Under the pieces are notes generated by a model. That model saw only the letters and a program-made list of their open reading frames with translations. It searched no databases and was not told where the DNA came from. Positions 27,516 through 35,552 of a DNA stretch of 35,552 nt are shown piece after piece. The DNA is from an uncultured Collinsella sp. (GTDB lineage Bacteria; Actinomycetota; Coriobacteriia; Coriobacteriales; Coriobacteriaceae). Position 1 is the stretch's first letter. Each line of letters opens with the position of its first letter. The position numbers and the translations under genes were made by a program. Location of the stretch: positions 1 to 35,552 of the forward strand of contig CAADVJ010000129.1 in the NCBI GenBank assembly GCA_900752475.1. Reading direction: 5' to 3'.

Positions 27516-28469
27516 CTACTGACCGCGCACGCGGCGGGCGATACGGTCGGAAAGCGACGCCTTGTCGGCGCGGTTCTTACCCCAAAACGCGCAGCCCACC
27601 ATGCCGGGGCCCACGTGCGAGCCGATGGTGGGACCCACGGAGCCGCGAATGATCGTGACGTCGGCGCAACCCTCCTCCTTGCGGATGGCAGCTTCGAGCC
27701 AGTCGCCGTCCTTCTCGGCATCGGCCGTCATGATTGCGATGGGCATGGTGCGGTCGGGCACGTAGTTCTCGCGGAACGACTTGAGAATGGACTTGAGCGC
27801 CTTCTTGCGGCCGCGGTTGACGCCGATCAGCGACAGCGAGCCGGCAAGGTCGTAGGAGAGCTCGGGCTTGACATCGAGCTTTGCCGTGAGCTGCGCCGCC
27901 GCGGGCGGAATGCGGCCGCCGGCAGCTAGTGCGTCGAAGCTCTCGAGCGTAAAGTAGCCGTGGACGTAGGTCTTTGCCTCGTTTGCCCAATCGACCAGCT
28001 GCTTGGCGGTCAGTCCCGCCGAACGCTGGCGCACGGCCTCGAGCGCCAAGAGCGCGCCGGTCGCGCAGGGCAGAGCGTTGTCGACCACGTAGAGCTCAAA
28101 GTTTGGATACTCGGCGCGCACGGCATCTGCCGCCTGGCACGCGGAGTTATAGCTCGACGACAGCGCCGAGGTAAAGCACAGGTAGACCGTGGGCGTGCCC
28201 TCTTTGGCGCACTCGGTAAAAAACTCGATATAGCGACCGAGCGACACAGCCGAGGTGGACACGCGAGCACCGGCGCGCATGCGGTCGTAGAACTCCTTAG
28301 GGCTCATGCTCGACCAGATGTCGTCTGTGCGCTCCTCGCCATCGATAATAAAGGGAAAACCCAGGATATCGACATCGAGGTTCGCGGCGACCTCGGGGCT
28401 AAAGTCGCAGCAGGTATCGACGACGATGCGGCAACGGTCCGAATGACCGGCGGATGCGGCCTTGTCCAT
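27516..28469 (-). CDS. DegV family fatty-acid-binding protein
   Basis: IVVDTCCD, STSAVS, SALSSSYNSA, L..GGRI, GPTIGSHVGPG; ATG 28469 with AAGGAG RBS. Confidence 0.9.
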   Translation of the reverse strand: MDKAASAGHSDRCRIVVDTCCDFSPEVAANLDVDILGFPFIIDGEERTDDIWSSMSPKEFYDRMRAGARVSTSAVSLGRYIEFFTECAKEGTPTVYLCFTSALSSSYNSACQAADAVRAEYPNFELYVVDNALPCATGALLALEAVRQRSAGLTAKQLVDWANEAKTYVHGYFTLESFDALAAGGRIPPAAAQLTAKLDVKPELSYDLAGSLSLIGVNRGRKKALKSILKSFRENYVPDRTMPIAIMTADAEKDGDWLEAAIRKEEGCADVTIIRGSVGPTIGSHVGPGMVGCAFWGKNRADKASLSDRIARRVRGQ

Positions 28470-28487
28470 CAAAGCGACTCCTTACGT

Positions 28488-28519
28488 AAAAAGGCGGCCA
28501 CCCGCATGGGATGGCCGCC
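28488..28519 (-). terminator. Terminator after hpf
   Basis: GGCGGCCA-CCC...GGG-ATGGCCGCC stem with A5 on the plus strand. Confidence 0.75.
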
Positions 28520-28548
28520 AACCGTTAACTCATGCAAGTTAACGTATT

Positions 28549-29133
28549 TTACTCGTCAAGTGTTTCGATACGGGGCTTGATGATGCCATATCCACCATTC
28601 TTACGGTGATACACCACATTGATGAGGCCAGTCGTCGCGTTCTCGAACACGTAGAAGTCGTGGCCCAGCAGATCGGTCTGCACCAGCGCCTGCTCCTCAG
28701 TCATCGGGGTGACATCGATGACCTTCTCGCGGACGAGCAGGTCGTCCTCCTCCTCGGGCAGCAGCAGGTCGGCCAGATCCTCGACGCGCTCGACCGGTGC
28801 GACATCCGCCGCGCTGGCACCGCCCTGGCGGTTGTCCACGACCTTGGTCTTGAACTTGCGCAGCTGGCGGGTGACCTTATCGGCGGAGAGGTCGATGGCG
28901 GCGTACATATCTGCACCGTGCTCGGCAACGCGAATCACCGAACCGCGAGCGCGAACCGTAACCTCGACGATTGCCGGGTTGGGGTTCGAGGGGTTCTTCT
29001 CATAGCGAAGTACAACGTCGACCGTCATGGGCTCGATATCGAAAACCTTGAGCGCCTCGCCAATCTTCTCATCCACATGCGCACGCAGAGCATCGGTTAC
29101 CGTCGTCTTGCGTCCAGAAACCTTGATATCCAT
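28549..29133 (-). CDS. hpf: Ribosome hibernation promoting factor, long form (HPF/RaiA)
   Basis: MDIKVSGR..VTDALR, DMYAAIDL..DK..RQLRKFKTK, PMTEEQAL.Q.DLLGHDFYVF, VVYHRKNGGYGII. Confidence 0.93.
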   Translation of the reverse strand: MDIKVSGRKTTVTDALRAHVDEKIGEALKVFDIEPMTVDVVLRYEKNPSNPNPAIVEVTVRARGSVIRVAEHGADMYAAIDLSADKVTRQLRKFKTKVVDNRQGGASAADVAPVERVEDLADLLLPEEEDDLLVREKVIDVTPMTEEQALVQTDLLGHDFYVFENATTGLINVVYHRKNGGYGIIKPRIETLDE

Positions 29134-29350
29134 ACGTGGCTCCAATCTGCCTCGGGGACTTACTGTACTGGCTATGTACCCATTGCCGTGCATTTAATCA
29201 CGCGGATTCCTAAAGACCCGAATAACGATTGCTTGATACCGCATACCGAAGTCTCGCACTTTTCCATGGCAAAGTGCGCTATAGGAGGGAGCCCGCAGAT
29301 TTGTATTTGGTCTCGAAAATTGGCTTTGACCTGCTGGTTTTATTGGGATG

Positions 29351-29384
29351 AAAAAGCCGGGCTCCCCCATCGGGGAAGCCCGGC
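29351..29384 (-). terminator. Terminator after the solute-binding protein gene
   Basis: GCCGGGCT...AGCCCGGC stem with A5 on the plus strand. Confidence 0.8.
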
Positions 29385-29450
29385 AGTGCGTGTTGAAACC
29401 GTGAAGAGGTGTCCTTTCCAACGTATAGGAGACACCACCCCTAGCAATAA

Positions 29451-30476
29451 CTAGCTATTGAGTTTGTTAATGTCGTCGTCGGTGATGGCGCCTTCCTGGC
29501 TGGACGATTTGTCCTCGGAGGATGCGGTCTCATTGTTGGAATCGGAGGACTCGCTGCCGGAGGACGTGGTCTCACTGGACTCAGAGTCGCCCGGCTGCAC
29601 GTTAGCGCCCGAAACCGTCTTAGTGGTGAGGTCGTAGGGCATCGTGCCATACCAGACAGAGTGGACCGCCTCGAGCGTGCCGTCGGCCGTAATACCGTCG
29701 AGGGCATCGCTCACGGCACGGCACAGTTCGTCATTGGACGAGAGGCCCGCAACACCAAGCGTCGAGGGCGCCTCGAGCGCACCGGCATAGGAGACCTCGC
29801 TCACCAGGCGTGCAAGGTAGCCGCCGGCCGTGGAGTCGCAGATCACATAGTCGACCTCGCCGGACTCGAGCGCCTCAAAGCACTCGTTGATGTTGGAGTA
29901 GGTCTTTTGGTTGGCGGTGATGCTCTGCTTAGCAAGCGCCTCCTGCGAGGCCGAGGACGTCTGAACGCCCAGGGTGGACGTGTTAAGGGTATCGGTGGAA
30001 ACGCTTAGCGACCCACCATCGCTAGTTTTACCGAACACGGAAGTGGCATCGTACAGGCAGGTGCCGAGCGAGCTAATGTCCCCGTCCGTGGAGTTAATCT
30101 CGCCGATAAAGATATCGGCCTTTTTGTCGCCGAGCGCGGAACCTGCCGAGGACGCATCGACAAAGGCGACCTTAAGGCCCATGCGGCTTGCGAGGGCGCG
30201 GGCGGCGTCGACCGCATACCCCGTGAGCTCGCCGTCGGCGCCCTGCATTGCCTGCGGCGCATCGGAAGTATCGAGGGCGACCGTCAGGGTTCCGGGAGTG
30301 ACCAGGGCATCGTCCGACACCGCCGGCGTGACGGTCTCGTACTCGATCTGGTCGATCGTGGGAGTCGTGAACGTAGACAGCGGGTTGAACGCGCATCCGC
30401 TCAGGCCCAAAACGGCGATGACCGCTGCGGTCCCAGCACCTAACCGAGCCGCGTGCATCAAGCTGCCCCTCACCAT
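29451..30476 (-). CDS. Solute-binding lipoprotein (family 3, amino-acid type) with a Ser-rich tail; true start ~30476, not 30866
   Basis: Signal peptide with lipobox LSGC; LVTPGTLTVALD, GYAVDAARALA..MGLKVAFV, EALESGEVDYV; the upstream ORF extension overlaps an ncRNA. Confidence 0.8.
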   Translation of the reverse strand: MVRGSLMHAARLGAGTAAVIAVLGLSGCAFNPLSTFTTPTIDQIEYETVTPAVSDDALVTPGTLTVALDTSDAPQAMQGADGELTGYAVDAARALASRMGLKVAFVDASSAGSALGDKKADIFIGEINSTDGDISSLGTCLYDATSVFGKTSDGGSLSVSTDTLNTSTLGVQTSSASQEALAKQSITANQKTYSNINECFEALESGEVDYVICDSTAGGYLARLVSEVSYAGALEAPSTLGVAGLSSNDELCRAVSDALDGITADGTLEAVHSVWYGTMPYDLTTKTVSGANVQPGDSESSETTSSGSESSDSNNETASSEDKSSSQEGAITDDDINKLNS

Positions 30477-30535
30477 GTCCACTACCCTGCCTTCTGTGTC
30501 GTATACGATCCGTGCGTTGCGCGGAATATCAGGTT

Positions 30536-30800
30536 GTTCCCACCAGCTGACCTGGTATTTGACCCCACACTTGCGCACCGGGGTGTTTGCTCGGGAGGCC
30601 GCAGCCACCTTCACGACTGGCCCGCTCGCCCGCGAGGCGGTATTGCCCCAAAGAAAGTAGAACGGACGGTGCGGCTTACATCTAGGACGCGCCATGATCG
30701 CGCCGCGCGCACGCGGTCGCTTACGTGGATCCCTTTGACCGCGTCTGTCTTGGACTAGGACGGGCATTTCGTCCGTCCGCAACCACAGCCTGGTAGGAAC
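30536..30800 (-). ncRNA. raiA-motif RNA (~265 nt)
   Basis: Minus strand carries, in order, TGTGGTTG, GATCCACGTAAG, CATGGCGCG, TAGATGTAAG and GTGTGGGGTCAAATACCAGGTCAGC, matching raiA-motif conserved blocks as recalled. 11-bp closing helix GTTCCTACCAG/CTGGTGGGAAC. Context comF / solute-binding protein / hpf. Confidence 0.88.
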
Positions 30801-30807
30801 GTAGCGC

Positions 30808-30813
30808 ATTATA
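30808..30813 (-). promoter_or_regulatory. -10 element of the raiA RNA promoter
   Basis: TATAAT on the minus strand ending 7 nt before the first base of the closing helix; no clear -35. Confidence 0.65.
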
Positions 30814-30957
30814 GCTAAGTTCAAGCTAAAGTTTAAGGTTAGGGGCGTCATTCGCACCGTGAGCACAGATTTTGCAGGTCGGAGCGGACTATTCGTACCC
30901 CCATGAAGCCCGGAGCTCCCCTACGGGGAGCTCCGGGGCACCCGTCTCAGGGTGCCG

Positions 30958-31174
30958 TGTGCAAAAAACGGCAAATATGAGTACTGTTACCAATTTAGTA
31001 GCAGCGTATTACCGCCTCACGAGCCCTTTTTGAGTTCCGCACAGCCTGCTTGGCGCCAAGATATTCCACATTCGTTTATTATCTCTTCGCTGAATCCAGA
31101 TTATCGGCCCAAGTTTCTTTGTTTTTGCTGTCACTAATCTAGTAACAGTACTCATATTTGCCGTTTTTTGCACA
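30958..31174. repeat. 217-bp element bounded by a perfect 33-bp inverted repeat
   Basis: TGTGCAAAAAACGGCAAATATGAGTACTGTTAC (30958-30990) and its exact reverse complement (31142-31174); 151-bp interior. Confidence 0.92.
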
Positions 31175-31209
31175 GAGCATATAAACAGACCCCCTATAAA
31201 GCCATAGTT

Positions 31210-32319
31210 TTACGCTGGTTTGAGCCCAAAGCACGCTCGGAGCGTATTCAGCAGAGCATCTTGCCTCTTTCGACGAGCCTCTACGCGATTCTGATATCGC
31301 TTACCCATACGCTGGTGGATGCGCCATGCGAGTGCTTCCATCGCTTCCATGTCACAGAGCATTTCGTTGTTGACCGTCGCGACCTCGATTCCCATAGTAA
31401 TCAAGCCCGTGTTGCGCTTTTCATCATGGATACGTCCCCTCCGAGAAGAATGGCCCAGCTCACCGTTGTATTCCAAGTCAAACCGGGCTGCTTCCTGAAA
31501 GGCATCGCAAACCGCATGCGGCATCCCCGAGATCGCCTGTGCACGGTCGTTGAACTCGATCTTGTAGTCGGTCTTAAAGGGACCACAGGCAAATCCGCCA
31601 TAGGAAAACGGAAGCGAAAACATGGCAAGCATGATGCACTCCATGGGTGAACGCAGGTTTTCCGACAGATAGGGACACAGCCGCCGCAGCTGCTTGGCCG
31701 CGCTCCCCTTGCATGCCGCGAGGTAATCTACCAGGCAATCGGGTGTCAGCACGGACTCGACCTCAAAGTAACCGACATCTGGCGGCTGGTCTTTGTCCTT
31801 TGCCAATTTGTTCACGACAGGCGAGGTGTAGGGAGGCAGATACTTCCCGCGGTCACTCAGTGAAATCTTAGAGCACAGCTCCTGGGCCAGGGCAAACGCC
31901 TGGATACAGCCGACCTCGCGGGCGACGACAACACAAAGGGCCTCGGGAGATAGACTGTACACCCCCGGTTCCACCTCTAGAATCGAGCCGGCGGGCAACC
32001 CGGAGCATACGGACCAGCTCACGCCAAGAATGCGGCGGCGCTGCGCTGCAGACCCTACCAGCAAGCACAGATCCTCTTGTACCTCGCTGCTTGCGGCCCC
32101 AATCCGCACCAAGTCGGGAAGATAGATGTCCTCGGTCGAGGGCGACGACGTGCGCAGCACACGGCGCTCTTCATCGGGACTGAGGTCCCTCCAGCCGATA
32201 TAGCCCATCTGCCGGCGCTCGGCGCGCATCATGCGTAGCGCCGAGGCGCCAGTTAGGATTACGGAAGCCGCTAGCTGCTCTTTTGTCGGTTTGTTGCACC
32301 ACCTGATTGTTACCGCCAC
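31210..32319 (-). CDS. Hypothetical protein with a C-terminal DUF559/Vsr-like (PD-(D/E)xK) nuclease-fold region
   Basis: RSPMEC...L..P...GG, CDAF...FDLEYNG..GH, DEKRNTGL..MG.EV pattern; GTG 32319 with GGGGTG RBS preferred (track start 32337). Confidence 0.65.
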   Translation of the reverse strand: MAVTIRWCNKPTKEQLAASVILTGASALRMMRAERRQMGYIGWRDLSPDEERRVLRTSSPSTEDIYLPDLVRIGAASSEVQEDLCLLVGSAAQRRRILGVSWSVCSGLPAGSILEVEPGVYSLSPEALCVVVAREVGCIQAFALAQELCSKISLSDRGKYLPPYTSPVVNKLAKDKDQPPDVGYFEVESVLTPDCLVDYLAACKGSAAKQLRRLCPYLSENLRSPMECIMLAMFSLPFSYGGFACGPFKTDYKIEFNDRAQAISGMPHAVCDAFQEAARFDLEYNGELGHSSRRGRIHDEKRNTGLITMGIEVATVNNEMLCDMEAMEALAWRIHQRMGKRYQNRVEARRKRQDALLNTLRACFGLKPA

Positions 32320-32330
32320 ATGAATCACCC

Positions 32331-33137
32331 CTACCAAACGCGTGCGATAGCGAGGCCATCAACGGCCGTGGCACCGGCGCGCTTGAGTTCCGCCGAAGCC
32401 GCTGCCATCGTCGCACCCGTGGTGATAACGTCATCGATAAGCAGCAGGCGGCGGCCGTGCACATCCTCAACCGTCTCGTACATACCTCGGGCACGCTCGC
32501 GGCGCTCCTCACGACCGAGTTCGCGCTGGTCGCCATGCCCGTACTTGACGAGAGCATCGAGCAGAGAAACACCCGACAGCTCGCAAAATGGGCGCGCAAT
32601 AGCCTCCATATGATCAAAACCACGCCGCCGAAACGCTGCCGCCGTCGCAGGCACAAACACCACCGCATCCGCACCGGAAAGCACGCCTCCGTAGCGATCG
32701 GGAGCTACGACCTGGGCATGCAGGGCGGTGTCGTAGAGCAGCTCCGCCAGATACGGAGCCAGACGTCGCTCGCCCGCATCCTTGTACGCTTTAATGATGC
32801 GCGGCAGCGGATGCGCATAGACGGCGCACGCCAGGCAGCGGTCGAGCGCCTCCGCCATTGCCGAAGACGTGCCCTCGACCGAACACTCAGTGCACAGCAA
32901 ATCCCCAAACGGGGCGCCACATCGGGTGCAGCTATGACGTGGGTCGATGAGCGTGAGCGCGGCCAGGCAGTCTTGGCAAATAAGCGCACCGGCGCGCTCG
33001 CAGCCGGTACATCGTGTTGGCGACAATGCCTCGAGCGCCTCGTACGTCGCGTGCTCGGCAAACGGTAGCAATTCGTCCGCAAACGGTAGGGCACCGGCTC
33101 CCTGCAGACGGCTCAATATGTTCAGATGGCTCTTCAA
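32331..33137 (-). CDS. comF: ComF family protein (double zinc ribbon + phosphoribosyltransferase domain)
   Basis: CTGC/CQDC/CTRC/CTEC; RRRGFDHM; LLIDDVITTGAT; TTG start with GGGAGGG RBS. Confidence 0.9.
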   Translation of the reverse strand: MKSHLNILSRLQGAGALPFADELLPFAEHATYEALEALSPTRCTGCERAGALICQDCLAALTLIDPRHSCTRCGAPFGDLLCTECSVEGTSSAMAEALDRCLACAVYAHPLPRIIKAYKDAGERRLAPYLAELLYDTALHAQVVAPDRYGGVLSGADAVVFVPATAAAFRRRGFDHMEAIARPFCELSGVSLLDALVKYGHGDQRELGREERRERARGMYETVEDVHGRRLLLIDDVITTGATMAAASAELKRAGATAVDGLAIARVW

Positions 33138-33239
33138 GACACAACCCTCCCTACGTTCGGTCGCGGGGAGGGTTGTTGATTCGGCGCTATGATACCCCGA
33201 TGCGCTCGGGGCAAGGCGGGCTAAATCCGCTCGCGGGCG

Positions 33240-34940
33240 TTATTCGCCGGCGGGCGGTTGCGGTGCGGACGAAGACGGAGTCGAGCCCTCGCCGCCATCC
33301 TGGCGCGGCTTGCGGGAACGGCGACGGCGACGGCGCTTTTGACCCTGGTCGGTCGAGCCCTCGCCACCGCGATCCTCGCGCGGCTCGCGCTCGTCGCGAG
33401 CGGCGCCACGCGAAGCCTTGGCAGCAGCTCCCCCGCCATCTCCGGGACGACGGCGCGTGACCTTGACCTCGCCATCCGAGACCTGATCGGCCACGGAGGG
33501 CACTGAAGGCCTCTGCTGCGCGCCCGAGGAATGGCGACGGCGCGGACGCGGCGCGCGCTCCTCCTCGCCACGTGACTTGCCACCCTTGTCGACAGGCGCA
33601 TCGGAGGCCGAGGCGCCCTTGGAAGCGGCACCGGCCTCGCGAGCAGCTGCGGCGCGGAAGGCGTCCTCGCGCTCCTCGCTCGACAGATGACGGCGGCGGC
33701 GACGGGTGGGGTTCATGCCGCCGCCGCGATTCTGCTGCTGGGGCTGCTGAACCTCGCGCTCGCGAGAGGCGTTCTTGCCCGCGGCTGCAGCCTCGGTAGC
33801 ATCGCCCGAGCCCGCGCGCTTGCGGCGGCGACGGCCATCGGCCGCCCCCTCGGCCTCGGGCGCCTCGGCCTTGCCGCGGCCCTTTCCGCGGCCACGGCCC
33901 TCGCCCTGGCTCTGAGCAGCGCGGGCATCGGAATCGACGTCGCGACGACGGCGCTTGGGCATCGACGTGCCGGCCAGACGGTCGGCACTCGACAGGCCAT
34001 CGCCCACGTCGACGCCGTTCTCGCGGTCGAGCTCCATGAGCGCCAGGCGCATCTCGGGCGACTCGATGCGCTCGAGCACGTCGCGCGTCACGCAGTCGGG
34101 GCGGCAGCTGCAGCCCTGCTCGGCGGCCTTCTTTTTGCAGCCCTCCGAGCACGTCATATCGGCCAGGTTGACCTTAAAGACTTTACCGTTCTCCAGGCGC
34201 AGCACCAGCTGCTCACGCGGCGTGTCATACTCCTGAATACGCGCCTTGCCAAGCGGCGTATCGATGAGCGTCTTCTTTTTGGGCGCACGGCTCTTAAAGT
34301 CCTTGTAGGCCTCGAACTCGTAGCGCAGGCAGCACATCAGACGACCGCACACGCCGCTGATCTTGGAGGAATTGAGCGGCAGGTCTTGCTCTTTTGCCAT
34401 GCGAATCGAGACGGGCTCAAACTGTCCGCCAAAGCGCGTGCAGCAGAGTTCCTGTCCGCACTGGGCATAGCCGCCCACCAGGCGGGTCTCGTCGCGCACG
34501 CCGATCTGGCGCATGTCGACGCGAATGTGCAGCGTCGAGGACAGATCCTTGACGAGCTGGCGAAAATCGACGCGCTCCTCGGCCGCAAAGTAGAACACGG
34601 CCTTCTCGCCGCCAAACAGGTACTCGACGCCGACCGGCTTCATCTCGAGGTCGAGCTCTTTGACCAGACGGCGGAAATCGACCATGGCCTCGTCACCCTG
34701 GATGGCCAGGTCGTCGGCAAGCTGCAGGTCGATGTCGCTCGCCACACGCAGCACGGGCTTGAGCGGCTGACCGATCTCGTCTTGCGGTACCTCGAAGGGA
34801 TCGGCCGTGACCAGACCGATCTCGGTTCCGCGCTCGGTGGAGCAGATAGCGTAATCTGCCTCGAGGATATCCAGATCCTGCGGGTCGAACCACAGGTCGC
34901 GCGAGGCGTAGGTAAACTTAACGGGTACGACTAACGGCAT
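33240..34940 (-). CDS. ricT: PSP1-domain protein (RicT/YaaT) with a long disordered Arg-rich C-terminal extension
   Basis: FYFAAEERVDFRQLVKDL, RQIGVRDE, CGQELCC, VSIRMAKEQDL.LN..KISGVCGRLMCCLRYE; follows holB. Confidence 0.88.
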   Translation of the reverse strand: MPLVVPVKFTYASRDLWFDPQDLDILEADYAICSTERGTEIGLVTADPFEVPQDEIGQPLKPVLRVASDIDLQLADDLAIQGDEAMVDFRRLVKELDLEMKPVGVEYLFGGEKAVFYFAAEERVDFRQLVKDLSSTLHIRVDMRQIGVRDETRLVGGYAQCGQELCCTRFGGQFEPVSIRMAKEQDLPLNSSKISGVCGRLMCCLRYEFEAYKDFKSRAPKKKTLIDTPLGKARIQEYDTPREQLVLRLENGKVFKVNLADMTCSEGCKKKAAEQGCSCRPDCVTRDVLERIESPEMRLALMELDRENGVDVGDGLSSADRLAGTSMPKRRRRDVDSDARAAQSQGEGRGRGKGRGKAEAPEAEGAADGRRRRKRAGSGDATEAAAAGKNASREREVQQPQQQNRGGGMNPTRRRRRHLSSEEREDAFRAAAAREAGAASKGASASDAPVDKGGKSRGEEERAPRPRRRHSSGAQQRPSVPSVADQVSDGEVKVTRRRPGDGGGAAAKASRGAARDEREPREDRGGEGSTDQGQKRRRRRRSRKPRQDGGEGSTPSSSAPQPPAGE

Positions 34941-35552
34941 TTCAGTGCCTTCCTGATATCGAACAGCATGACCTCGATGGCCAGCTGGGGAGTAACGTTT
35001 CTGGCGATGTTGCGCTCGGCGGTCGCGACTGCCTCGAGCGCCCGCGTGGCACCCGCAACATTGGTCGCGGCGGCAAGCCGACCGATCGTGTCGCGCACGT
35101 CTTCGTTCACCACGTCGGCTGCCTCGTCCTGAAGCGTCAGCAGCACGTCGCGCATGAGCGTCCGCGCGCTCGCCAGCGCTTCCATGATACCCGAACGCTC
35201 GCGCGCGTTGAGTTCGCGCTTGTTGCGGTCCTCAAGCTGCTTCAATGCTCCACGCGACAGGTAGTCAGCGTTTTGCTCGAGCACCTTTTCCTGCGTGGAC
35301 TTGACCTCGGCGAGCGGCGCCTTAACGGCGACGATGAGCGACTTGGCGCGGCTGAGCACGTCGGCCTCGTCGGCGGCGATGAGCGAATCGATGGCGCGAA
35401 CCATCTGACGGCGGGCGTCCTGGCGCTCGGCACTCTTAAGGAACTCGATACCGCGCGTGGGGCTTCCCGCCACGGCGACCGCCATGCGGCAACGCGCGAG
35501 ATCCTGACCCGTCGCGCGACTCACGGCACGCGCGGCCACGGCGGGCGGGCCC
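34931..35552 (-). CDS. holB: DNA polymerase III delta' subunit, C-terminal part (runs off the right edge)
   Basis: GSPTRG, MRDVLL, ERNIARNVTPQLAIEVML C-terminal pattern; holB-yaaT synteny; frame open to the window end. Confidence 0.75.
   Translation of the reverse strand, partial: GPPAVAARAVSRATGQDLARCRMAVAVAGSPTRGIEFLKSAERQDARRQMVRAIDSLIAADEADVLSRAKSLIVAVKAPLAEVKSTQEKVLEQNADYLSRGALKQLEDRNKRELNARERSGIMEALASARTLMRDVLLTLQDEAADVVNEDVRDTIGRLAAATNVAGATRALEAVATAERNIARNVTPQLAIEVMLFDIRKALKCR

Noticed and set aside
30477..30866. 130-aa N-terminal extension of the solute-binding protein
   Set aside because: Overlaps the raiA RNA and its promoter; the signal peptide and lipobox indicate a start near 30476
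30983..30990. Shared (A)CTGTTAC core between the 33-bp IR and the 80-bp palindrome arms
   Set aside because: Only 7-8 nt and opposite orientation relative to the loop; insufficient to call them one family

Overview
This 35.5 kb window is high-GC chromosomal DNA. Protein style and gene content suggest Coriobacteriia, probably Collinsella (inference). The left two thirds (1-22.8 kb) is a mosaic sugar-utilisation region. It opens with a lactose-family PTS EIICB gene cut at its 5' end by a probable IS terminus, followed by lacG. An AT-richer accessory block follows (Fic-HTH gene, a second lactose-family EIICB, a TIM-barrel protein, a GntR regulator), bracketed by arrays of ~80-bp-period palindromes and a duplicated lacR 3' half. 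Next come lacR, galM, an orphan EIIB with Tyr in place of the phospho-His, tRNA-Thr(CGT), and an N-acetylgalactosamine (aga-type) PTS/catabolic cluster carrying a duplicated nagA 3' end. The right third is mostly housekeeping on the minus strand: holB (partial), ricT/yaaT, comF, a DUF559/Vsr-like nuclease-fold gene followed by a perfect 33-bp inverted repeat, a ~265-nt raiA-motif ncRNA hidden under a spurious ORF extension, a solute-binding lipoprotein, hpf, degV, an oxidoreductase with a His/Cys tail, and an IDH-family gene. Best leads: the raiA RNA; the nuclease-like gene plus long IR inserted beside it; the palindrome arrays with the precisely inserted Fic module; and two 'full gene - cassette - diverged 3' remnant' scars. 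All family calls come from motif recognition by eye; no searches were run.
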